Source of the DNA: Trichosphaerium sp. ATCC 40318
Taxonomy: Eukaryota; Protista; Tubulinea
Assembly: GCA_038496445.1 (NCBI GenBank)
Contig: JALMLS010000074.1
Span: forward strand, 1 to 64,000
Length of the DNA: 64,000 bases
Direction of reading: 5' to 3'
Below are positions 24,478-35,100 of the stretch, in pieces; the first letter of the stretch is position 1, and each line of letters opens with the position of its first letter. The notes beneath the pieces are model-generated. The model was not told where the DNA came from, did no database searches, and saw only the letters and a program-made list of their open reading frames with translations. A program made the position numbers and the translations under genes.

Positions 24478-26130
24478 ATGCGCTACTATTGTCCAGGAAA
24501 AAGCTTGTTGCTTACTATTCTATTACTAGCAACAACGCATTGTATGCCGAGCAGATGCGGAGAAGCTCTCGTTATTGTAAGTGTAAAGAATTATGCTGTT
24601 ATTGAGATAACTATCAAGGCTGATGATGACGGTTGTACGTTACAAAAGAGTGTGGATAAGGAAATAAGAGGCACGTTATAATTGGTTTTTTTGGTCATTC
24701 GTTTGGTGTTTTGTTTTTCTGTTTAATCACGTGCTGATGCAACAAAATCTTAGATATGTTGATACAAGAAGGCTTCAATATTGTAGTTAATTGTAGTACT
24801 GATATAACAGAACAAATTGCTGAGCAATTCGGTATAATGGCACGTTGATTGAACCTTCTTATTGTAAAAAAAACGATCACGTGATCGTTGTTAAATCAAA
24901 AAAAAACCTGTCCATTTTTGGAGTATCACGGCTCATTCATACATAAGGTTGTTACTCAAGCCGCACTTTCCACGTCAATGTCAGGATATCATTTAATGAA
25001 TGTGCCAACAGTTGTCTACGAAGAAAATGCTCTGGAAGTGTTTAAACTAGTAACCATCAAAGGTATATCTTTGTATAGTAACAACTAATTATTCGTTCAT
25101 ATATCTTTAGCGCCTTCACCAAGTTTAACAACAGTTATTGTCAAATCAAGTCATTTTCTAGCTAATGGAAAGAGTGGTATTGTTCAACTTGTAGAACCAG
25201 GATGTCAAAACGGTTGGTGTATAAATACGGCACTAACAGCAGGTGAGCCTGATATTATTGCAGCTAGTGGTGGTATGGCTCATATATTTTCATACGAAAA
25301 GGTACAGATACCTCTTCTGTGACAAAATGCACGCTTTTTTTTAACTATTTTTCGGCTAGGGTTCCATGCTTTCTGATCTATCAATTGCAGTTAATTTTCG
25401 AGTTGGTTTGTTTGTTATGGATACAGCTACATTATCTGAAAATGGTAGAGATTTAGTTCGGGCAGCAATTAAGTATACTTACTCCAAAAGCGGTTGCTCA
25501 CCACGTGAGTTGATCATTTTCTACTAGTATTAATTAAATCCTCTAGCAAGTGGTGCTCCAGTGAACCAACCTACCGGAGCGCCCGTATTCAAAAATAAGA
25601 GTCTAGCACCAACCACGCAACCTTCTGTATCAGCAAACCCAACAAGTGCTCCTAATGGTATACTCGTTGTACCAAAGCAAGTATTGATTGTAGACTCAAT
25701 CCTTAATGTCGCAGGTACCCTATGTAATATTAGCTTATATTAAAGAGTTTCTAGGCGATGTTATAGTGCGTCTCGAAGGTACACTGGTTATTGAAGATGG
25801 AGCTATATTGAATATCAACGGATGCTTGACAATTCTCGGAACACTACAGATCGAAGGCGTAACAGCAAATTTAAAGCTTATTGCGACCGTAGCATCTACG
25901 TGTGTTATTGATACAACAAATATTGTAGTCGAATCACCATCTGGATGTGTTCTTGAACTTAGACAAGGTACAGTCTGTAAAAACATGAAAATTGTTTAGG
26001 AAACTCAAAAAGAAATTTAGAGTTTAACAAAGTATTTGCAATCAAACCAATGACATGTGATGCTGCAAGAGGAAAGTATACTCACATTTTCATGATTTTA
26101 ATTTTAGTACCTTTTATTATCATACTGTAA
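24478..26130 (+). CDS. Secreted/GPI surface protein with a bacterial-type alpha/beta extracellular domain, Pro/Thr stalk and beta-rich C-terminal domain
   Basis: Signal MRYYCPGKSLLLTILLLATTHC; domain VDKEIRDMLIQEGFNIVV...SHFLANGKSGIVQLV...AHIFSYEKGSML...FRVGLFV...LSENGRDLVRAAIKY; stalk APTTQPSVSANPTSAP; hydrophobic C-terminus HIFMILILVPFIIIL*. Confidence 0.7.
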
Positions 26131-26589
26131 CAGCACATAAACAACAAAATAAAGTATTAATTCAAGAAAGGTATTTTTGTCAATTTTTTGGCCTGTGCCG
26201 TCTTCAGTGCCACAGTCAGTTTTAGATTATCTTTTTAGCTTTAAATATCATGATTAAGAGCAAAAGGTTCTTTTTTAACATCTATAAGGGTACTGCGAAG
26301 ATTCTTCTTCGCCCAAAGCCAAACGAACATACTTCCGAAATTACACAATTTCCATTTCATTTGTTCTGACCTTGTCCGTTTTTAGCTACATACAAAAAAG
26401 GTGGACTTTCTCTAGGCAATGTTTATTACAAGCCTGAAACTAATGATGATCATCTCGAGCCTAACAGCGAGTATAATAGGTCTATACCTTTCCTATTTCT
26501 ATCTCATAAAACCGCGCACGATTTTTGAATAAATTGCTCTTGGTTACCTTCGCCATCATGTATCATCTGTGTGAATACTGGCTAATTTA

Positions 26590-27260
26590 CTAATCCATAA
26601 AAATGACGATATTTTTCTCCCTCGTTGTACATCTGATGCTGATATCGAGGCCAAAGTTGAAACTTTGGGTAATAGAACAATTCATTTTCATCGCAACATT
26701 CCTGTTTTTTTCTGCTTCTTGCCGACCTTTGGCCATATTATCCTTCTTCAAAGCATTCCATGAGGGTTGAAAATTGTTATTAGCGCTTGGTGTTGATGTC
26801 AATAACGCCATTGTTATACTGTGAAGAAATGCTTGCTATCATTGATAAATCGAGTTTCTTGTTTCCGTACACTATTGCCACAGGTAGCAGTGTGTTGTTG
26901 GATTCTGGAATCACCCGAGGAGTGTAGAGTTTCCAAGTGGCACAGCAATTATAAATTCGTCTACTATATGCGTGGTTTTTGTACTTTAAGCGCTGTGGCC
27001 GTTTGTATGTGTTCTTCAAGAAATATTGGCCTCCTGTGTTGGAAAAAACCGACCCTTATAATCAGCTCAGACGAAACCCATAAAACCAAAATCGTTAAAA
27101 CACAGCTGTTTCCACAACCCAGAGCCTGTATTGAGCATATCTGAGCGAAACTTGGTTGACACGTTTGCAACTTAGCGAGAGATACACACTATTACAATCT
27201 GTTCCGGAGAGACCTAGTATCTCATAAAATACGTCGAAGTCAATTGTTTCATTGCTCTTG
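26590..27260 (-). pseudogene. Degenerate F-box-like gene
   Basis: ETIDFDVFYEILGLS...LSLSCKRVNQV in one frame and LWKQLCFNDFG in another; downstream ORF fragments (26780..27019, 26590..26811) lie in different frames. Confidence 0.35.
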
Positions 27261-27371
27261 TTAAGATATTACGAGAAACTGTTTCGTCGTTAAGTTGCAA
27301 ACTCAGCATTCAGTGATTGTACGTCAGTTTTTACCACAACGACGTTCTTATAGCATCAAGTCAGTTAGAAG

Positions 27372-27923
27372 ATGCAAAATACCATCAACATAGATACTAA
27401 AAGACTCAATTTACGAGAGTTAAGGCTTAACGACGCAGAGGCTCTACTATCGTATCGTACAAACCCCAGTGTATTAAAATATCAAGGTTGGAACCCTTCA
27501 GGCATAGAAGAAGTCAAAGACTTTATAAAAAAGAACAATATTAAACCAAACACTTCTAATACGTATCTACAGCTTGGTATAACTGAGAATACATCATATA
27601 ATACTTTGATTGGCGATTTCATGCTTCATTTTCTAGAAGATGGCAATCCACAGTGCGAAATAGGTTATACTATAGCTCCAGAGTATCAGGGTAAAGGATA
27701 TGCCACTGAAGCTATTATTGGTGTTGTAGAATACTTGTTTATTGTTTTGAAGAAGCACAGAGTTTTTGCTTCTGTAGACCCTAGAAATGGAGCGTCTATG
27801 CGTGTTTTGGAGAAGGCTGGGTTTAAAAAAGAAGCACACTTTAGGAAAAGTATGTTGTTCAAAGGTGAATGGGTTGATGATGTCATATTTGCAATTTTGT
27901 CAACTGACATTAAAACAACATGA
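27372..27923 (+). CDS. Intronless RimJ/RimL-family GNAT N-acetyltransferase
   Basis: IDTKRLNLREL, EIGYTIAPEYQGKGYATEA (acetyl-CoA motif A), NGASMRVLEKAGFKKEAHFRK, KGEWVDDVIFAIL. Confidence 0.93.
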   Translation: MQNTINIDTKRLNLRELRLNDAEALLSYRTNPSVLKYQGWNPSGIEEVKDFIKKNNIKPNTSNTYLQLGITENTSYNTLIGDFMLHFLEDGNPQCEIGYTIAPEYQGKGYATEAIIGVVEYLFIVLKKHRVFASVDPRNGASMRVLEKAGFKKEAHFRKSMLFKGEWVDDVIFAILSTDIKTT

Positions 27924-28125
27924 GAGCTCAACTCACGTGTAGTTTATTTTACTAACTTCACGTGACAAGAACATCAACACTTGTAAAGATATATGATGAG
28001 CATGTATTATCTCTATATTCTGCTATAGTAATACATGACACGAAAGCTATAGTGTCTACAAGCAGGAGACAAGATATGGGTTTTGTATGAAAAATAAAAT
28101 CAAAAAAATACACTAACAGTTTGGT

Positions 28126-30030
28126 TTATTTCTCAAAATTATGCTCCTTTAGGAATGCTGCAATCTCTAACTGAGCTCTGAGAGTAAGGCCAAGAGTATG
28201 ATATGAAGCTGAATAGTGTTAATACATGTGGTTTCGCAAAGAAAAAGAAAGTTCATAGTAAGTACCTTTCCAGAAGTCACCCTTGTTCGCTTCTACAGCC
28301 TTTGGTGTTGGATACCAAGCACCCAAACTTGGGTCAATGAAGTCAGATTCTATGAACGCCAATAACTTTTCTAATGCACTAAGAACTTGAGAAGACTGAT
28401 GCAGCTTATAGTACGTCCTGAACACGTGATTAGAAAAAACCCGCTCGACTTTACTTGAAGTTTCGAAGAAGAAATACGTACCACAGTCCGTACATGCACT
28501 CAGCTTGTACCCACCAGTTATAGTTTGTATCAATGGACTGTCCAGGTACTATTTCACTATCCCAACAACCTCCAGTCTTTGGATCGATACCACTAGGAGC
28601 GCAATTAGCAAAAACTGCTTGCTACAAATAAAATAACTTACTTTAGTAAAGTATAATTGGCAATATCAATTGCGCCCTGATGAATTTCTTTAATTTTCTC
28701 TTCGTCCAATTCATCATCAAGAGCTTCAACTGCACGTGACAAAATATGCACAGCAGCCATATTATTTCCAAACTTAACTAACGGTCTATCAAAGGGAGTC
28801 CAATCCAACTCAAAGAACTACAAAAACTGTCAAAAAAACCAGAGGAAAAACTCCATCTCAACTTGCTTTTACGAGCAATGGTTACGTACTTCTAATAGAT
28901 ACCCATTAGGCTGCTTGATTTTGTTAAGAATAATGTCAATGAGCTCTATCATTTTGAACTTTGCATTCACATTACGTGTAGCTCTGTATAGCGCAGTTAA
29001 ACTCTCCAAGAAATGAATATGAGTTGAAGCACTCTTAGCAGCACCCGGAGGAAGATTACCCGGATGAAGTCGCTCATCATAACCTAAGTTACAACCATTT
29101 AAAACCGATATCCAAGACGTTAAAAGGTCAAACTAATTTACCTCCATTTGTTGAATCGTTGTAGTTGCCATCAATAAAGTCGAAAACAGTTGTTGCAACT
29201 TCTGAAGCGGCAGTGTCTTCAAATGAAATGTAGTACTGTGATAAAGCTAGAATTACATATCCCTGAGTGTAGATGCTCTTGCTCCAAGGTTCTAGTTCAG
29301 GATAATTCGCCAAGTCCGTTATTAACTAAGAGTTGCTTTTTAAGTTTCTTGAATGTGAAATAAAGACGAATTCGTACTGATCCGTTTCTGAAAGCCAACA
29401 AGTTAAACTGACCGTCACTTGTGTCTCTATAACGCAGCAAGAATCTGTAAAGGTTTTCCGCTTTCCCTCTTATCTCTGAAGTATCTTCTTGTTCTCCTAA
29501 CGCAGAAAGAGACCATAAATGCCGGGCTTCTTGTAGAACACCTATTGAGTTAATCTTAGCAATGTTTATTGCTTTGACTTTGTTACCTTTGTAAGTAGGT
29601 TCTGCAGGTCTTCCGCGACTATCTAGAGTACCATAGAATCCGCCGAGAACGATATCAAACCCATTGTTTAACCAGAAACTGGATAACTTGTTACGCATTG
29701 CCAGTAATATGCCCGATACACTCTGTAGAGCGTCTTGAGCCTCATTAGGCTTATCAGGCGCTAATTGCCACGCTAAAAATATTGACAAGCCAATAATTGC
29801 AGCGCCAACAAGGACTATCACGTGTAAGCATAAATATCACGTGCGAAAACGCTGTCAAACCAAAAAATATTAGCCGCTCGTTTCTCCACTTTCAAAAATC
29901 AAATAGCCATTGTTTGAATATATAGCGGCGTAGCACGTGACGTACCCACAACGAGCGAGATCAGATCAAATGCTGTCAAGCACTTTTTTTTCTTTTTTGG
30001 CTTTTTCTCATCCTTCTTAGGTATGAGCAT
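28126..30030 (-). CDS. Type II membrane AGE/cellobiose 2-epimerase-family protein, multi-exon
   Basis: Basic N-tail MLIPKKDEKKPKKKKK then TM LISLVVVLVGAAIIGLSIFLAW; family motifs GGFYGTLD, EARHLWSLSAL, STHIHFLE, WWVQAE, WKASYH; stop at 28126. Confidence 0.85.
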
Positions 30031-30158
30031 GATGTAGAAAGGCGACTTTGGTAAAAATGTAACTGGCAAGTCAAAAAAAAAGTGGCTTAAAGTACGTGTT
30101 TAAGTATCCCGGGGATTGTTGCGTTTTTAACTTGTGCATGCGCTAGCACACGTTACGC
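30031..30158. promoter_or_regulatory. Compact bidirectional promoter region
   Basis: Only 128 bp separate the divergent ATGs of the AGE-fold gene (30030, minus) and the C2 gene (30159, plus). Confidence 0.45.
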
Positions 30159-31659
30159 ATGTACCACCTTTACTTGGAAGTTATAGAGGCAAAGGATATT
30201 CAGCACTCGGAATCTTCAGTGAGGGTTTACAAAAATAAATATAACAGGAATGAGTGGGATCCACAACGTACAGCATCAGTAAAAAAGACAAAGTTTCCTC
30301 AATACGAGCAAACGTTCAAATTGTACGTTTTATAAAAAACAAAAATTTGTAAATTAGCTTGCGACGTTGTACACAACCAACGTATTACTACGACAATTTT
30401 ATAAGCCGGCTAGATTTTGATTCAACAGCTTTTTTGTATAATTCTACGCGTTATATGTATATTTCGCTTATACGCGAGTGTATATGGCGATTTGGAGTAG
30501 CCATTTAATAACCTGCACGAGTTTCCTGCACAAAATAACACCAAATGGGTCACTTCAACAAATCGCCACATCTCTCCGATAGTACTTTAGACCGCAATAT
30601 GCTGCGGAACTAAATAATTACCCTTCATGCCCAAATTCTGACTAATAAATCAAAATAGCACCTTGAGCCCTTTAGACGAGCTCGTTTGCGAATTATGGAA
30701 TAAAAAACGACCAGTGTACGAAGCCTTTACCCGCAATTGTATTTTTGCTCTACAAAAACTAAACACTCACGTATTGTATTATAGAGGAAGAGTACGTTTC
30801 AAGGTGGGCCTTATGGGTGATAATTCCAAACAGTGGTTCGCCATTCATCCCATCCCAAAAAAATCTGGCAGTAAACCATGTACGAGCGCGTATTTTATTA
30901 CTAAACAATACCACAGAAGCGCTTTTTTTTTTTGGCCCAAAAAGAAATATTTCGATCTCGACAATCTTTTTTGGCGTTTTTTCAACAAAATCCTCCTTGT
31001 CTTCGGCTTCAGTTTTTTTTCTGACCTTCTGGTCTTAAGCATATAAGAATAACGCACAGTATGGTCAAATGCACCTTGGTTTCAAGTTCGAAAGAGCCAA
31101 AGAAGTGGAGAAAGAGGAGTCTGCAGAAAGAGCTTCAAGTTCAAATTCAAAGGAAGAACAACAACCACAGAAGCCAGAGAAAACAAAGAACAGTATATTA
31201 CGTCGATTCTCAATCCGTCATTCGAGAAAGAAGAGAAGAGCTTCAAAAATGAAGGAACAAAAAAGAGAGCCAAGACCATCAACTTCAGACGAAGATTCTT
31301 TTGAAACTGTACGTTTTAAAAAACTCTCGCGTAAAAATCATACATGCTCTACGCAACGCGTAAATCGAACACTCACTACGCGCTTGTGTCAGTTTTTTTT
31401 TTTTTTGCTTTTTTTGACCAATTCCGAAAACGCATCAGACTTTTATTTCTCACATGGTTTTGTTTAGAAAGAAATAATGATAGAACCAAAAGTAACAAAA
31501 GTAGCCTCTAAAAGAAAATCAAGAAGGAAATCGCCTCAAAAGAGGCCCAAAAAGCAACCAGTTAATGCAGAAGAGAGTAGCGATGAAGAAGAAGAGCTCA
31601 TCATAAGCAAGAACCCCAGATCAGCTGGAATTGATGCTTCAGTCACGACGATATCCTAG
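30159..31659 (+). CDS. C2-domain protein with K/E/S-rich tail, multi-exon
   Basis: MYHLYLEVIEAKDI...QRTASVKKTKFPQYEQTFKF|TLSPLDELVCELWNK...GRVRFKV...KQWFAI...GQMHLGFKF matches the C2 beta-sandwich pattern; low-complexity C-terminus. Confidence 0.75.
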
Positions 31660-32071
31660 TCGCTCTCCAATCACCTTTGAAAACCTCCCTACCGGTTGGT
31701 TTGCGAATACTATCAACTGATGTAATTTTTTTTTTTTGATAATTTGAAATCGTGAAACCAACCTAAAAACAAGTACTATAGTAATGCTTTTCTCTCATTT
31801 TAGAGAGATTGCGCTCGTAAACCCCTTTTTAAAAAAAAACCAAAAATTCCCCTTTGTACTCATACATTAAAAAAACCGTTGGGAAAACTACACCCCAACT
31901 CTCCTAAATACTGACAAACTGGTTATTTGTGATATTAAGTTTTTTTGTCGTAATTTCTTTTTTTTGCTTTTAGTGGCATTGATGAGAGCACTGTTGGTGT
32001 TAACGGAGTTTGAGGCAAAAGACAGAATGTGGTTTAATAGATGTTGTTAGCTATGACATCAACAAGTCTTC

Positions 32072-32102
<31 letters not shown>

Positions 32103-32143
32103 GAAAAAAACACGTGTGTTAGGGTTTACAGGTGAAGCAATTT

Positions 32144-35100
32144 TCACATTTTAATCTCAATATGTCTCTTGTGCATTGATGATTCTGGTTTTACTGCAGA
32201 CAGTCTTAGAGGACTTCCCTATTGAAAGGAATATTAGTTTGGGGGTTTTTTTGTTGCATTTTTTTGGTATGTTATTCGTACTTTGATGTGCTGTCCGTTG
32301 AGAGTGACATGGAATTGATATCCTCCAGGTGCTAGGACAGTGAAAGAAAGTACATATGTTCCATTATTCATATCCATTAGCATCAAATTTTGTGGTGGTT
32401 CTGGCCCACCGGCACTCACTTGGAATTGATCTCCACCGCTATTCGAATAAAGTTACAAAAAATTGAAGAACCAAGTGAAGTGTCTCACCTCTTGATTTCT
32501 TGGCCTGATCCATTTCTCGCTTGAATTGTTAACGAGCATTCCTGGCATACAACAATAGTTTCAGGAGCTATCAATTGGCACTGAGCAGCACTAGCAACTA
32601 AACAGGAATACAAAATTAAACACTTTGAAAACGCAGAACCAAAAACCAAGCAACAAACACATACCGCTACCCACGTGCAAATAATGTGTTCTGCCAAGTA
32701 CATTATAAGATTGCCATAATATCGTCATACCATATTTACCTACAACCACAGTGAGTTGAAAACAAGCTAAACTTCTTGATCTAAAAATTTTTTTATTGAA
32801 TAAAGTACCTTCCGATTGAATCGTATATGTCACTCTGTATTTTTCTCCAACAGATATCACAGTACCATAAAAGCGTATATTGCCATCTGTATCGTTTGTG
32901 AAAGTAACTTTAATATCCTCTGGATTGAGAGACTAAGGGAAGATTGTCAATACAAAACTCCATTTGGAATATCCTTTTTTTTTTCTTCGTACGATTATTT
33001 GCCCTGTCTTATCCAAGCAAGTAATAAAGAACTCGGCTTCTTCGCCTAGTTTAGCTCCATGCACACCACTACCAACGCATCTAAAGTTATAACCTTCTGT
33101 AAGAGCCAGACTTGCAGCTAAAAAAGATAAGCACGTGTGAACATTAGGTTAGTTGTTTATATTAGGCTTACTTTTTTTAGAATCTGCGATGACCTTTACA
33201 GGTAGCGTAGCCAACATGTCGTCCCCCTTTCCTTTATCCACAAGTTGTATGGTATAAGTTCCTGTTTTTCTAAATGTGAAAGTCAAAGTATACTTTCCTC
33301 CTGTTCGCTCAAGTGGCGCTTCAAGCTTTTGACCTAAAAGCAATTTAACCATTTACTGAGAATAAAATGAAGTTCTCACCTTCGCCCAGTGCAATGCCTT
33401 TGAACTGAACAATAGCTTTAAGACGCCACACCTCACCTTCTAGGACATAAATAGCCTTAAAAAAATACGTTAATAAAGAGACTAAGTCACTAGTTAAACA
33501 CGCACAGGTTGACCTTCTGTTACTTGTTTAGGTCCAAGCAAATCAAGTCCAACAACAGTCGATGTTTGTTGCTGAGGTGTATGTGTATAAGACGGCATTT
33601 TAGGAGGAAGGCCTGTGTAAGAAGGGCCTGAAGTACTAGCTTGTCCATGTAATTTCGCACCTGGTAGTTATTGAGTAAAAAACCCGTAAAAACGTTGCGT
33701 ACTGTGTCCTCCTGATTGTCCTGAATATCCTCCTGAGTATCCACCAGATCCTCCACCTGTTACCTTAGCGTCCGTTACAGTTGTTTCACCCAGTAATTCT
33801 CTTGACAATGCATCAAAGTCTTCATTGAATTGAGAAAATCTCTTAAAAGGTGTGAGTACTCGAAAATACATAAACAAAAAAAAGCACGTGATTTGTTCAA
33901 ACTCCGTACATGACTTGCTTCTCTCGTTTTCTTTCCAGATTCTGATGAAGAACTAGATGAAGACGAAGAAGATGAAGAGGATGATGAAGAAGATGAAGAT
34001 CCACTTCCTTTACCTCCACTACTCTTTTTCTTCTTGTGCTTCTTCGTCTTTGAATCACCAAGATCATCAGACATGAAAGAAGCCATAAACTCTTTATCAG
34101 TCTGCATAGGCTTACTAGTACCACCAGAGAAAGAAGCATTGTAAGATCCACTAGCTGATGGTTTATTATCTCCTGATGTGAACGAAGCCTTATAGCTTCC
34201 TTGAGCGGATCCAGAAGTACTTCCTGAAGCGTCTGGATCATAAGAAGACATGAAAGATCCTTGCTTGGATGGGTTGATCTCATGTGTATTAATCGAAGCG
34301 TTATAACTTCCTTGAGACGAAGGCTGATTGAATGACGCTTTGTAACTTCCTTGAGAAGAAGGCTGATTGAATGAAGCCTTGTAACTTCCTTGAGAAGAAG
34401 GCTGGTTTCCTTGAGATGAGAAAGAAGCTGTGTACGAACCTAGAGAATGACCAGGATTAATGTTATGAGAGCCTTAGTTTGTCACTTACCTTCGTTAGAT
34501 TTAGGTTCTGAAGTGCCCGATGTGAAAGAAGCCATGTATGATCCACGTGCAGGGTTCTGGTGTTTTTTCTTTGCGTATGAACTTGATGATTGTGGTTGAC
34601 TAAACGAAGCCTTGTAACTTCCTTGTGAAGACGGTTGTTGGTCGAAAGATGCTTTGTAGCTTCCTTGAGATGAAGGTTGGTTGAAAGAGGCTTTGTAGCT
34701 CCCTTGCGAAGAAGGTTGTTGATGTTCGTTTGTTGTAGTGAACGATGCATTGTATGATCCAGATTTTGGCTCGTTTTGGTTGTATGAAGCGGTGTAAGAC
34801 CCTTTAGCTTTTGGTTCGGCTGTGCTTGAGAAAGATGCTTTATATGATCCTTGGTGGGAAGGATTTGGTTCTTTAGACTCAAAGGAAGCGGTATATGAAC
34901 CTTGTGTGTTTGGTTTTTCTGAAGAGAAAGAGCCCATGAAGGTACTTCTTGGTTGTGAGTCTATTGGTGCTTCAAATTCTCCTTTAGGAAACTCTCCTGT
35001 TGGTGGACCAGAAGGTGGATCAAAAGGAGACTAAAATAGATTAGAACAAGTGTAAACAAAAGAAGTAGAACGGCTTTATGGAAAGATACCAAAAAAGAGA

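Noticed and set aside
32075-32102. 28-nt poly-T run as a retroelement tail
   Set aside because: No target-site duplication or element body; homopolymer runs are common throughout the window.
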